From the NCBI GenBank assembly GCA_934167825.1, contig CAKPLY010000004.1:90-64089 (forward strand): a DNA stretch of 64,000 bases, given 5' to 3'. The stretch comes from an uncultured Bacilli bacterium (lineage in GTDB: Bacteria; Bacillota_I; Bacilli_A; RF39; UBA660). Made by a program: the position numbers and the translations under genes. Below, piece by piece: positions 45,828 to 55,570 of this stretch. Numbering within the stretch: the first letter of the stretch is position 1; each line of letters begins with the position of its first letter. The notes under the pieces are model-generated. The model worked only from the letters and a program-made list of their open reading frames with translations, was not told where the DNA came from and did no database searches.

Positions 45828-47442
45828 TTATATAGCCAATAAAGAATATAGAGCAGGTATTTATGTTAGACTGTCACAAGAAGATAGAGATAAAAAATAC
45901 GAGTCAGAAAGCGAGAGCGTTATTAACCAAAGAGAATTACTAAAAAGCTATTGTACTACAAATGGATATACACTTGTTGAAGAATATGTAGATGATGGAT
46001 ATTCAGGAACTAACTTTGATAGACCTGATTTTAAAAGGATGATAAGTGATATCAATCAGAAAAAAATAAATTTAGTAATAGTAAAAGATTTATCAAGATT
46101 AGGAAGAGATCATATAATGACAGGATATTATATAGAAACTTTCTTCCCTGAAAATCAAGTAAGATTTATATCTATAATGGAAAGCTACGATAGTGCTAAA
46201 ATACAGGCAAGTAATGATGCTTCTACATTTATAATAGCATGTAATGACTACTATAGTAGGCAGAACTCAATAAAAATAAGAAGCATATTAGATGAAAAGA
46301 GAAAAAATGGGAAGTTCGTAGGAAGCAAACCATGTTATGGATATAAAAGAGATCCTGAGGATAAAGGGCATTTAATAATAGATCCTGAAGTTGCCAAATA
46401 TGTCAAAATGATATTTGATTTAAGGGACAATGATGTGGGTGTTTCTGATATAGCGACACGATTAACAGAAATAGGAGCTCCAACACCAAGTGAGTATAAA
46501 GGTACAGCCTCATCAAGCAGATTGATACATAGAAATCAATGGACAATAAGTTCTATAAAGAAAATATTATGTAACAGGATGTATACAGGAGATTTAGTAC
46601 AACATACTCAGACTAATTTAAGCTATAAATCTAAAAAGAAAATAACATTGGATTCAAGTTTATGGTATATAGTTGAAAATACACATGAACCGATAGTTGA
46701 TAAAGAAGAATTTAAAAGAGTCAATGACAAGAGAAGAAGAAATACAAAGAGTGTAAAAACTAAAATAAGAGATAGAAGATTACTCGAGGGATTATTATAT
46801 TGTAAAGAATGTGGAAATCGATTAGGTGTATCATATAGAAAGAATCACGATTATTGGACAGTAAATTGTAATAAATATGCAAGAGATCCAATACGAAGAT
46901 TATGTTCAGGACATTTCTTCCCATATGATTTATTAGAAGAGCAAATATTAAGAAAAATTAGTATGGCAACTTTAGATGCATTTAGTAAATTGGATATCGA
47001 AGAGTTAAATAGAATTATAAAGGAATCACTAATAAAAGAAAAAATACCATTACCTAAAAACAACTTAAATAGACTTATAAGAGATAAAGAAAATATGGAA
47101 AGAAAAATAAGAACACTTTATGAAGATAGATTAAATGGAACTATAACAATAGAAAGTTTTAAAGTGTTATCTCAACCTTATGAGAAAAAGATAAATGAAT
47201 TAAAGTCACAAATAGATAGCTATACAGAAGAAGATATCAAAGAGATAGAAGATCCAAGTAAAAAGAATTATAAGAATCAAATCAAGAAATTACTAAGTAT
47301 CAATAAAAACAGAGAATTACTATTTGCAATAATAGAAATGATAACAATAGATAATGACAGAAATATAAAAATAAAGTTTAAATATGATATGTTTGAACAA
47401 ATAGAATTTCAATATGAAAAAAAGCAGAAAATTTGCAATTGA
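45817..47442 (+). CDS. Large serine recombinase
   Basis: N-terminal resolvase domain (AGIYVRLSQEDRD...SESVINQ...DDGYSGTNFDRP...VKDLSRLGRD), recombinase domain, zinc ribbon (CKECGN...C) and C-terminal coiled coil. Confidence 0.9.
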   Translation: MYTDYIANKEYRAGIYVRLSQEDRDKKYESESESVINQRELLKSYCTTNGYTLVEEYVDDGYSGTNFDRPDFKRMISDINQKKINLVIVKDLSRLGRDHIMTGYYIETFFPENQVRFISIMESYDSAKIQASNDASTFIIACNDYYSRQNSIKIRSILDEKRKNGKFVGSKPCYGYKRDPEDKGHLIIDPEVAKYVKMIFDLRDNDVGVSDIATRLTEIGAPTPSEYKGTASSSRLIHRNQWTISSIKKILCNRMYTGDLVQHTQTNLSYKSKKKITLDSSLWYIVENTHEPIVDKEEFKRVNDKRRRNTKSVKTKIRDRRLLEGLLYCKECGNRLGVSYRKNHDYWTVNCNKYARDPIRRLCSGHFFPYDLLEEQILRKISMATLDAFSKLDIEELNRIIKESLIKEKIPLPKNNLNRLIRDKENMERKIRTLYEDRLNGTITIESFKVLSQPYEKKINELKSQIDSYTEEDIKEIEDPSKKNYKNQIKKLLSINKNRELLFAIIEMITIDNDRNIKIKFKYDMFEQIEFQYEKKQKICN

Positions 47443-47496
47443 TAGTTGATTGATAGTAATTAGTAGTAAGATGATAGTAAATGATAGTTAATAGTG
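47440..47496. repeat. Helically phased TGATAGT repeat array
   Basis: TGATAGT at 47440, 47451, 47472 and 47482. Variants TAGTAGT at 47461 and ATAGTG at 47491. Spacing is 10-11 bp. Confidence 0.85.
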
Positions 47497-47514
47497 TGAT
47501 ATTATGTTAATGTG

Positions 47515-47542
47515 GAGGTTACCGAAAAGGTAATCTTTTTTT
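47515..47542 (+). terminator. Terminator after the recombinase operon
   Basis: gaggttacc-gaaaa-ggtaatct followed by a T-run. Confidence 0.55.
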
Positions 47543-47569
47543 ATGTGAAATAAAAAGGATGTGAATATC

Positions 47570-47935
47570 ATGCTAAAGACTTGTTCAGTGTGTGGAAAAA
47601 TACACGACTTTAATAAAGTATGTAGGAGGCAGAAACCAAAGAAGAAGTCGGAAGCTAATAAGTTTAGAAAGACTAACAGATGGACAGAAAAGAGCCGAAG
47701 CATAAGGCAGAGAGATAAGTATCTGTGTCAGGTATGTTTATCAGGTAAGTATGATACTAATTACAGATACACCTATAAGGAACTAGAAGTCCATCACATA
47801 GTACCACTAGAAGAAGACTATTCAAAAAGATTAGATAGTAATAATTTAATAACATTATGCAGGTATCATCATGAGATGGCAGAAAAAGGACAGATACCAA
47901 GAGAAGAATTGCAAGAAATGGTAGCCGGAAAATAA
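47570..47935 (+). CDS. Phage HNH endonuclease (packaging-associated)
   Basis: CxxC, EVHHIVPL, NLITLCRYHH motifs; upstream of the terminase genes. Confidence 0.8.
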   Translation: MLKTCSVCGKIHDFNKVCRRQKPKKKSEANKFRKTNRWTEKSRSIRQRDKYLCQVCLSGKYDTNYRYTYKELEVHHIVPLEEDYSKRLDSNNLITLCRYHHEMAEKGQIPREELQEMVAGK

Positions 47936-48051
47936 ACAATCCCCCCACCATCAACAGCAGTTCTTTTTATTTTTTTTCAAGACCGACCAGCCACCTACAT
48001 TCACACCGTTTTTATTTTCTCGTGAGTTTTTTGGAAAATGGAGGATACAGA

Positions 48052-49377
48052 ATGAGAAGATATGAAAATGTAAAAATAGAAAAATTAAAGCCATATGAGA
48101 ATAATGCAAGAACTCATAGTGAAGAACAAGTAGAGAAAATAGCCAAGTCAATTGAAGAGTTCGGTTTCATAAATCCGGTAATCATTGATAGCGACTATGG
48201 AATCATCGCAGGACATGGAAGAGTATTAGGAGCTAAAAAGTTAGGAATGAAAGAGGTGCCATGTTTATTCGTTGAGGATCTAACGGAAACACAGAAGAGA
48301 GCTTATATCCTAGCAGACAACAAGTTAGCTCTTGATGCCGGATGGGATGATGAAATCCTAAAACAAGAAATTAAAGCCTTAGATGATTTGAACTTCGATG
48401 TATCAATAGCAGGATTTGATATTGAAGACTTTGACTTCACACAATCAGATATAGAGTTCGAAGAAGATGACTACGATGTAGAAGAGAAACTACCTGAAAT
48501 ACCAAAAGCCAAGTTAGGAGATATTTATCAATTAGGAAATCATAGAGTTATGTGTGGAGATAGCACTAATGCTGAAGACATAGATAAACTAACTGCAGGA
48601 GCAGTAATGGATTTATGTGTTACGGATCCACCATACAATGTGAACTATGGATCAATAAATGAATCAGGCTATGGTAAAGAAAGAGATAACGGAAATAAAA
48701 TCTTAAACGACAATATGGATGATGAATCATTCTATTTCTTCTTATTTGCTTTCTATGAACAAATGCTAAGAGTATTGAAAGAGGGAGGAGCATATTATAT
48801 CTTCCACTCAGATACAGAGGGTTATAACTTCAGGAAAGCATTAAGAGATGCAGGAGGAATAGTAAAACAGAACTTAGTGTGGGTAAAGAATGCACTCGTA
48901 TTAGGTCGCCAAGACTATCAATGGAAACATGAACCTTGCCTATATGGATGGAAAGAGGGAGCAGGACATTACTTCATAGAAGATAGAACTCAAACTACTG
49001 TGTTTGAAGATAAGGCAGACTTAGATAAACTATCAAAAGAAGAATTAAAAGAAATGATAGAGGACATACTAGCAGACAAAATACCTACAACAGTAATCCA
49101 CGAAGATAAACCATTAAAGAATGACATACATCCAACGATGAAGCCAATAAGATTAGTATCAAGACTAATTAAGAACAGTAGTAAGTCAGGAGAAAATGTA
49201 ATTGATTTCTTCGGAGGATCCGGATCCACATTGATAAGCTGTGAGCATTTAGGAAGAAATTGCTACACAATAGAATTAGATCCTAAGTATGTAGATGTAA
49301 TCATAGATAGATGGGAAACATTAACAGGTAAGACAGCCATTAAGATAGTAGAGGGAATAGAAAGCGAGGTGGAATAA
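48052..49377 (+). CDS. ParB-like N-terminal domain fused to a beta-class N6A/N4C DNA methyltransferase
   Basis: ggagga RBS. KPYENNARTHSEEQ ParB-like box. DPPYN (motif IV) precedes FFGGSGST (motif I). Confidence 0.85.
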   Translation: MRRYENVKIEKLKPYENNARTHSEEQVEKIAKSIEEFGFINPVIIDSDYGIIAGHGRVLGAKKLGMKEVPCLFVEDLTETQKRAYILADNKLALDAGWDDEILKQEIKALDDLNFDVSIAGFDIEDFDFTQSDIEFEEDDYDVEEKLPEIPKAKLGDIYQLGNHRVMCGDSTNAEDIDKLTAGAVMDLCVTDPPYNVNYGSINESGYGKERDNGNKILNDNMDDESFYFFLFAFYEQMLRVLKEGGAYYIFHSDTEGYNFRKALRDAGGIVKQNLVWVKNALVLGRQDYQWKHEPCLYGWKEGAGHYFIEDRTQTTVFEDKADLDKLSKEELKEMIEDILADKIPTTVIHEDKPLKNDIHPTMKPIRLVSRLIKNSSKSGENVIDFFGGSGSTLISCEHLGRNCYTIELDPKYVDVIIDRWETLTGKTAIKIVEGIESEVE

Positions 49378-50159
49378 TGATAGAAAAAGTAAATCCAAGT
49401 CATCCTGATAAGATAGCAGATAGAATAGCAGGAGCTATTGTTGATTTAGCATATACCAAGAATAAAAATCCTAAAGTAGCAGTAGAGGTGCTAATAGGAC
49501 ATGGAGTATGTCATATCATAGTAGAAACATCTGAAAAGTTTACTAATCACGAAATAAAAAGAATCGTGGATCGTATAGCAGGAAATGTAGAATTAGATCT
49601 AAAAGTAGTAAAACAAGATGAGCATTTATCAAAGAATCAGGATGGAAAGATAAGGTGTGGAGATAATGGTATATTCAAAGGTGTGCCATTAACAGAAGCA
49701 GAAATAAAACTATCAAGCTATGCCAAAGATATATATGCTAAGAATCCATTTGATGGTAAATACATCTTAGATGGAGATAAGTTGATAATATGCCAAAGTA
49801 ATACAGATGAAAATGATATCTACGAAGAATATCCACAGGCAATAGTTAATCCATTAGGACATTGGACAGGTGGAATAAATGTAGATACAGGAGCTACAAA
49901 TAGGAAGTTAGGATCCGACATGGCTCAATCAGTAACAGGTGGAGGATTACATGGCAAAGATTTATCTAAATCAGATGTATCAGTGAATATATATGCATTT
50001 AGGAAAGCACAAAAGACAGGAGAAACAGTAAGCCTATCATGTGCGATCGGAGATGAATATATAGATGGGAAACCATATGAAGAAATAGTTGCAGAAGCAA
50101 GAGATTATATAAAAAGTATCGGTGGCTTTGAAAAGTTTGCTGAGTGGGGATTATTCTAA
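49377..50159 (+). CDS. Compact (260 aa) MetK-like S-adenosylmethionine synthetase homologue
   Basis: SHPDKIADRIAGAIVD, CGDNGIF, NPLGHWTGG..VDTGATNRK and GGGLHGKDLSKSD parallel the MetK motifs GHPDKIAD, GAGDQG, NPTG....GGP..D.G.TGRK and GGGAFSGKD.SKVD. Confidence 0.62.
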   Translation: MIEKVNPSHPDKIADRIAGAIVDLAYTKNKNPKVAVEVLIGHGVCHIIVETSEKFTNHEIKRIVDRIAGNVELDLKVVKQDEHLSKNQDGKIRCGDNGIFKGVPLTEAEIKLSSYAKDIYAKNPFDGKYILDGDKLIICQSNTDENDIYEEYPQAIVNPLGHWTGGINVDTGATNRKLGSDMAQSVTGGGLHGKDLSKSDVSVNIYAFRKAQKTGETVSLSCAIGDEYIDGKPYEEIVAEARDYIKSIGGFEKFAEWGLF

Positions 50160-50521
50160 TGAATAAAATGTCGTTAAATGAACAAGCTCAGGAAATACTA
50201 CGAATAGCAGAACAGCATGGAGTAGAACAGAACTTCTTCTTCCTAACGACATTTAAAAGATATCAAGTTCAATTACAAATCCTTAATGATTTAGAAAAAA
50301 CAATTAAGGAAGATGGAACATTGGTAACTAAAGAATATGTTAAAGGAAGAAAGAATGTCTATTCACATCCGGCAATATCTGACTATAACCGAACTACCGA
50401 TAGTGCCAATAAGACAGTTAGCACTTTAATGAAAATTATAATCTCATTAAGAAAAGATGATGTAACCGAAGATGATGATCCACTGCTACAAATAATAGCA
50501 GGTGGAAAGTTTGAAAAATAA
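50159..50521 (+). CDS. Terminase small subunit (P27-like)
   Basis: Position immediately upstream of TerL; size and helical pattern fit. Confidence 0.5.
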   Translation: MNKMSLNEQAQEILRIAEQHGVEQNFFFLTTFKRYQVQLQILNDLEKTIKEDGTLVTKEYVKGRKNVYSHPAISDYNRTTDSANKTVSTLMKIIISLRKDDVTEDDDPLLQIIAGGKFEK

Positions 50522-52196
50522 AGCATACGACTATGCCAAAAGTATAGTTGGTAAAAAGATTACAGCACCTAAGTATGTAATAAAACAATGTAAGCAATTC
50601 ATCAAGATAGCTGATGATAAGGATCCTAAATATGTAATCAATAAAACGAAAGTGAATCAGATAGAAGCAATACTTAAACTGTTGATAATGCCAAAAGGAT
50701 TAAAGGCAGGACAAACAATTTATGAGTGCTCCTGTGGATACCAATGGGTGTTTTATATTTCAATTCTGTGTGTTGTCTATCGAGATAATCCTGAAAAAAG
50801 AAGATACGAAACTGCTATTCTAGAAATAGCGAGAAAGAACTTTAAAACATATACAATAGCAACAATCTTCATATTGTTGTTTTTAATTGAACCAAAGTAT
50901 TCAAAGTTCTACTCAGTAGCTCCTGATGGATCACTATCAAGAGAAGTTAAGACAGCCATAGAGGAAACATTAAAATCAAGTCCATTAATTTATCTACATA
51001 AAGATAGTAAAAGATTTAAAATACTAAGAGATTACATACAATTCAATATTACAGAAAGTAGATACTATCCACTAAACTATTCATCAAGTAGGATGGATGG
51101 AAAATTACCAAATGTATTCTTAGCCGATGAAGTTGGAGCATTGCCAAATCCATATGCAATAGAATCCATGAGGTCAGGACAATTAAATATTTTAAATAAG
51201 CTAGGATGTATCATATCAACGAAATATCCTACATTTAATAATCCATTTGAAGATGAAGTTGGATATGCAAAGAGAGTATTGGATGGAATAGAACCTGATG
51301 AAACAGTATTCGCACTTTTATATGAACCAAATGAGGATTTAATACAAAAGTGGGCTACTAACGATGATGTCTTAAAACAGGCAAATCCGGTAGCATTGGA
51401 AATACCTGAAATATGGGAAGACTTGCTAAAGAAGAGAGCTAAAGCAATAGCAGTGGAATCAGTAAGAGAAAACTTCTTAACTAAACACTGTAATATCATT
51501 TATCAGGGAATGGGAACAGAAAGCTACATTGACATTAACGAAGTAATGAGTTGCAAAGTTGCAAAGATAGATTGGACAGGAAAGAAAGTTTATATCGGAG
51601 TAGACTTAGCAATGACAAATGATAACTGTGCAGTGGCAATGGTTTCTGAAGAAGACAATGAGATTTTAGCAGATGTTATAGCATTTATACCTGAGGGAAG
51701 AATAGAGGAAAAAAATAAGTTCGAGAGAATTGACTACAATGAGTTTATTAAGACAATGAAATGTATTGCATGTGGTAACAGAACAGTTGATTACGGAATC
51801 ATAGAAGATTTTGTATTTAGCATAGAAGAGAAATACAAAGTAACTATTGTGTCAATAGGCTACGATAGATACAATGCTTTATCCTCAGCTCAAAAGTGGG
51901 ATAAGAAATATGTCACTACTGAGGTAAGACAGCACAGTGATACATTGCATAGTCCAACAAAATTGTTGTATGAGAAAATCTTAGATCGTAAATTTAGATA
52001 TGAAGAAAATAAACTATTAGAAATAAACTTTGAAAATGCACGATGTACTTATGATACCAATATGAATAGATACATAACAAAGAAAAGAAGTCAGGGAAAA
52101 GTTGATATGGTAGTAGCACTAATAAATGCAGTTTATTTACTACAACAAGATGTATTTCTAGAAAATGATGACTTCTTCGTACAAGTAATAGAATAG
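50502..52196 (+). CDS. Terminase large subunit
   Basis: 564 aa. N-terminal ATPase and C-terminal RNaseH-like nuclease (VYIGVDLA...D). Position is typical. Confidence 0.85.
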   Translation: MESLKNKAYDYAKSIVGKKITAPKYVIKQCKQFIKIADDKDPKYVINKTKVNQIEAILKLLIMPKGLKAGQTIYECSCGYQWVFYISILCVVYRDNPEKRRYETAILEIARKNFKTYTIATIFILLFLIEPKYSKFYSVAPDGSLSREVKTAIEETLKSSPLIYLHKDSKRFKILRDYIQFNITESRYYPLNYSSSRMDGKLPNVFLADEVGALPNPYAIESMRSGQLNILNKLGCIISTKYPTFNNPFEDEVGYAKRVLDGIEPDETVFALLYEPNEDLIQKWATNDDVLKQANPVALEIPEIWEDLLKKRAKAIAVESVRENFLTKHCNIIYQGMGTESYIDINEVMSCKVAKIDWTGKKVYIGVDLAMTNDNCAVAMVSEEDNEILADVIAFIPEGRIEEKNKFERIDYNEFIKTMKCIACGNRTVDYGIIEDFVFSIEEKYKVTIVSIGYDRYNALSSAQKWDKKYVTTEVRQHSDTLHSPTKLLYEKILDRKFRYEENKLLEINFENARCTYDTNMNRYITKKRSQGKVDMVVALINAVYLLQQDVFLENDDFFVQVIE

Positions 52197-52207
52197 GAGG
52201 TGGAACG

Positions 52208-53455
52208 ATGGGATTATTTAATTTTTTTAGAAAAAGAGAAGATACAGTAATATCTAATCCTGAAGAAACAGTTAATGATGTCTTACTTAAAGCAATGTTA
52301 AAAGGAGAAAAGATAGACAAAGAAAAGGCTTTATCATTACCTGCTGTATCAAGTGCAGTAGATAGAATCTGTAATACAATAGCAATGATACCAATTAAAC
52401 TTTATAAGGAAACGATAGATCCTGAAACAGGAAAGAAAAAAGTAGAAGAAGTAAAAACGGATCCGAGAATCAAAATGCTTAATGTTGAAAGTGGAGATAC
52501 CTTAGATGCCTTTCAAATGAGAAAAGCATGGGTGCAAGATTACTTGCTAGATAAAGGTGGGTACTTATTTATAGAAAAAACAAAAAATAAGTTTAAAAGT
52601 TTAAGATATGTTGATGCAGAAAATGTAACAGTAAATACTAACTTTGATCCAATATTCAAAGATATTACTTATATGGTGCAGGGAAAGACCTATGAAACAT
52701 TTAATTTTCTTACAATCTTAAGAAGCACCAAGAACGGAGGATCTAGCCGAAGCATAATAAGTGAGGTATCATCTGCAATAGAAAATGCTTACCAAACATT
52801 ATTATATGAACTAGGATTAGTAAGAACCGGAGGAGCTAAAAAAGGGTTTATAACTTCTCAAAGAAAATTAGGAGAAAAAGAAATAGCCATGTTAAAAAAA
52901 GCATGGGCTAATTTATATTCCAATAAGAGTGATAATGCCATAGTGCTTAACGAGGGTATGGATTTCAAAGAGGGTTCAAGTACAACAGTTGAGCTTCAAT
53001 TGAATGAAAGAAAAAAGACCTTACAGGAAGAAATAGATAATATATTTCATAATAAAACAAACTTTGATGAATTTATGAAAGAAGCTATAATGCCAATCTT
53101 GACAGCTATTAAAACTGCTCTTAATAAAGACTTTTTACTCGAGAAAGAGAAAGAGTCTTTTTATTTTGAATTTGATACTCGTGAAATCATGAGAGGAAAT
53201 ATCAAAGAAAGATATGAAGCATACAAAGTAGCATCTGAAACAGGATGGATTAGTAAGAACGAAATAAGATACCTAGAAGACTATGACAGCATTGATGGAT
53301 TAGATGTAATAACACTTAATCTTGCCAATGTTGTATTCGACATAAATACAGGAAAGTATTATACACCGAATACGAATGCCTTAGTCGATATGGAATCAAA
53401 GAATGGAGGTGGTAAAGATGAAAGTGGAAGTCAGGAACAACAAGATAATAATTGA
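52208..53455 (+). CDS. Portal protein (HK97 family)
   Basis: Size, position and ggaggtgg RBS. Followed by protease and capsid genes. Confidence 0.8.
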   Translation: MGLFNFFRKREDTVISNPEETVNDVLLKAMLKGEKIDKEKALSLPAVSSAVDRICNTIAMIPIKLYKETIDPETGKKKVEEVKTDPRIKMLNVESGDTLDAFQMRKAWVQDYLLDKGGYLFIEKTKNKFKSLRYVDAENVTVNTNFDPIFKDITYMVQGKTYETFNFLTILRSTKNGGSSRSIISEVSSAIENAYQTLLYELGLVRTGGAKKGFITSQRKLGEKEIAMLKKAWANLYSNKSDNAIVLNEGMDFKEGSSTTVELQLNERKKTLQEEIDNIFHNKTNFDEFMKEAIMPILTAIKTALNKDFLLEKEKESFYFEFDTREIMRGNIKERYEAYKVASETGWISKNEIRYLEDYDSIDGLDVITLNLANVVFDINTGKYYTPNTNALVDMESKNGGGKDESGSQEQQDNN

Positions 53456-54032
53456 TGGCTATGTAAATGCAGTAGAGAGAGAATCCAAAGTTCTATACGA
53501 CACTCGAGGAGAGTTTATAGAAAAAATAAGAGCCGGAGTTTTTCAAAAGGCATTAGAAAGAGCTGACAATGTTAGAGTGCTCCTAGACCATGACAAAGAC
53601 AGAGAATTAGCCGATACCAAATCAGGTAAAGCAAAACTGTATGAAGACAACATCGGTTTACGAGCCATTGTTGAAATTGAAGACTCAGAGGTAATAGATA
53701 AAGCCAAGAACAATAAACTTCGTGGATGGTCGTTCGGATTTCTATGTAATAAAGAAGATAGAAAAACTAATGAAGAGGGAATTGAAGAGAGAGTTGTTAG
53801 AGATTTAGATCTGTTGGAAGTATCTATTATTGATGACAGAAAATATCCTGCATATATCGGTACAAGTATCGAGATGAGGGATGATGAAATAAAAATTGCT
53901 GAATACAGAAATGCAGACTTCAGCAAGATAGAAATTAGGGATGAGCCTGAACAACAACCTGAAAAGGAAGTTGAAAAAATAGATTATTCAGATTATGAAG
54001 AAAGATTAAAGAAAGCAAAGGAGAGGATATAA
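53418..54032 (+). CDS. Prohead maturation protease (HK97/S78 family)
   Basis: LLDHDKD...YEDNIGL...WSFGF pattern. Lies between the portal and capsid genes. Confidence 0.75.
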   Translation: MKVEVRNNKIIIDGYVNAVERESKVLYDTRGEFIEKIRAGVFQKALERADNVRVLLDHDKDRELADTKSGKAKLYEDNIGLRAIVEIEDSEVIDKAKNNKLRGWSFGFLCNKEDRKTNEEGIEERVVRDLDLLEVSIIDDRKYPAYIGTSIEMRDDEIKIAEYRNADFSKIEIRDEPEQQPEKEVEKIDYSDYEERLKKAKERI

Positions 54033-55235
54033 ATGAATCTAAAAACATTAACTGAACAAAGAGCTGATAAGCAAAATGAAATGGAAACATTATTAAACAA
54101 AGTGGAGGGAGAACAAAGAGCCTTTACTGATGAAGAAAATGAGTTGTTCACTCAATTAGAAACTGATATTCAAAATATCACTAATACAATTGAAAGCATC
54201 AAAAAAGGTCGTGAACTAACGAAAGAACCTGATGAAGAAGAAAAAGAAGAAAAGAAAGAGGAGGAAGAAGAAGTGAAAGAAAACGAAGAAAGAGCTTTAA
54301 ATGAAGAAAAAGCATTTGAAAGATATATTCGTGGTGTCTTAGCTGAAGAAAGAGATGACACTAACTTAACTAAAGGCGATAACGGAGCAGTAATTCCTGT
54401 ATCAATAGCTAAGAAGATCATCAAAAAAGTTTATGACATTTCACCAATATTAGAAAAATCTACAAAATACAATGTAAAAGGTAAATTAGAGATACCATAT
54501 TATTCTGAAACAGATAATGCAAAAGTTAATATGGCATATGCTACTGAATTTGTATCATTAGAAAGTAATGTAGGTAAATTCACTAACATTGAATTAACAG
54601 GATACTTAGCAGGAGCATTAGCTAAAATATCTAAATCATTAGTAAATAATAGTGATTTTAATATCGTTCAAGAAGTAATTAACATCATGGCAGAATCAAT
54701 TGCAATATTTGTAGAAAAAGAGTTAATTCATGGAACTACTAATAAAGTAGATGGATTAAAAGCAGGAGTTAAATTATCAGTAACAACTGCAAGTGCAACT
54801 GAAATAACTGCAGATGAAATTATCAAAACTAAAAGAAAGGTAAAACAAAGATTTCAAAAGAATGCAATTTGGATCATGAGTCCTGAAACATTGACTGCCA
54901 TTGCATTACTTAAAGATGAAAACGGTAGATATCTATTACAAGATGATATAACTAATGATTTTGGTTATACATTACTTGGTAAACCTGTTTATGAATCAGA
55001 CAATATGGATGACATCGGCTCAGAAAAAACAGTTATTTATTATGGAGATATGTCAGGTCTTGCAACTAAGTTTGTAGAAGAATTAGAAATTGAAGTGCTA
55101 AGAGAAAAATATGCAGATCAACATGCTGTTGGAATCGTAGCATGGATGGAATTTGATGCTAAAGTAGAAGATGCTCAAAAGATTTCAAAACTTGTATGTG
55201 CTAAAACCACTGCAAAAACCACAACAGGTAACTAA
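54033..55235 (+). CDS. Major capsid protein (HK97 fold) with an N-terminal coiled-coil/acidic delta domain
   Basis: 400 aa. Position after the protease; Glu-rich scaffold-like N-terminus. Confidence 0.8.
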   Translation: MNLKTLTEQRADKQNEMETLLNKVEGEQRAFTDEENELFTQLETDIQNITNTIESIKKGRELTKEPDEEEKEEKKEEEEEVKENEERALNEEKAFERYIRGVLAEERDDTNLTKGDNGAVIPVSIAKKIIKKVYDISPILEKSTKYNVKGKLEIPYYSETDNAKVNMAYATEFVSLESNVGKFTNIELTGYLAGALAKISKSLVNNSDFNIVQEVINIMAESIAIFVEKELIHGTTNKVDGLKAGVKLSVTTASATEITADEIIKTKRKVKQRFQKNAIWIMSPETLTAIALLKDENGRYLLQDDITNDFGYTLLGKPVYESDNMDDIGSEKTVIYYGDMSGLATKFVEELEIEVLREKYADQHAVGIVAWMEFDAKVEDAQKISKLVCAKTTAKTTTGN

Positions 55236-55282
55236 GAAGAATTAGTTGTTCAGGCAAACCTCAAAGATAGGAGGAATTACTA

Positions 55283-55570
55283 ATGAAAGTAAGTAATGTT
55301 ACTTATAAGGATATAGCCAACTATATCAGGCTGACAGAAGTTAGCCAAGAAGAACAAAGTTTATTAACCAATTTAATCGGTGTTGCTAAAGCATTTATAA
55401 AGGATAATACAGGAGTGGAAGACTTAGATGAATTCGATGATTTTGTAATCGTCGTTTTTATTTTATGTCAGGACATGTATGATACTCGATCACTTTATGT
55501 AGATAAGTCAAACCTAAATAAGGTAGTAGAAACCATACTTGGAATGCACTCGGTAAACAACATATGTTAG
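55283..55570 (+). CDS. Head-tail connector (gp6-like)
   Basis: IANYIRL......L...I..AKAFI...TG pattern; position. Confidence 0.55.
   Translation: MKVSNVTYKDIANYIRLTEVSQEEQSLLTNLIGVAKAFIKDNTGVEDLDEFDDFVIVVFILCQDMYDTRSLYVDKSNLNKVVETILGMHSVNNIC

Noticed and set aside
51077-51499. 140-aa minus-strand ORF in terL, plus similar antisense ORFs at 53543-53926, 54170-54424, 58335-59462 and 62245-62511
   Set aside because: All are antisense to well-supported phage structural or packaging genes. They have Ser/Leu-rich composition and no RBS.
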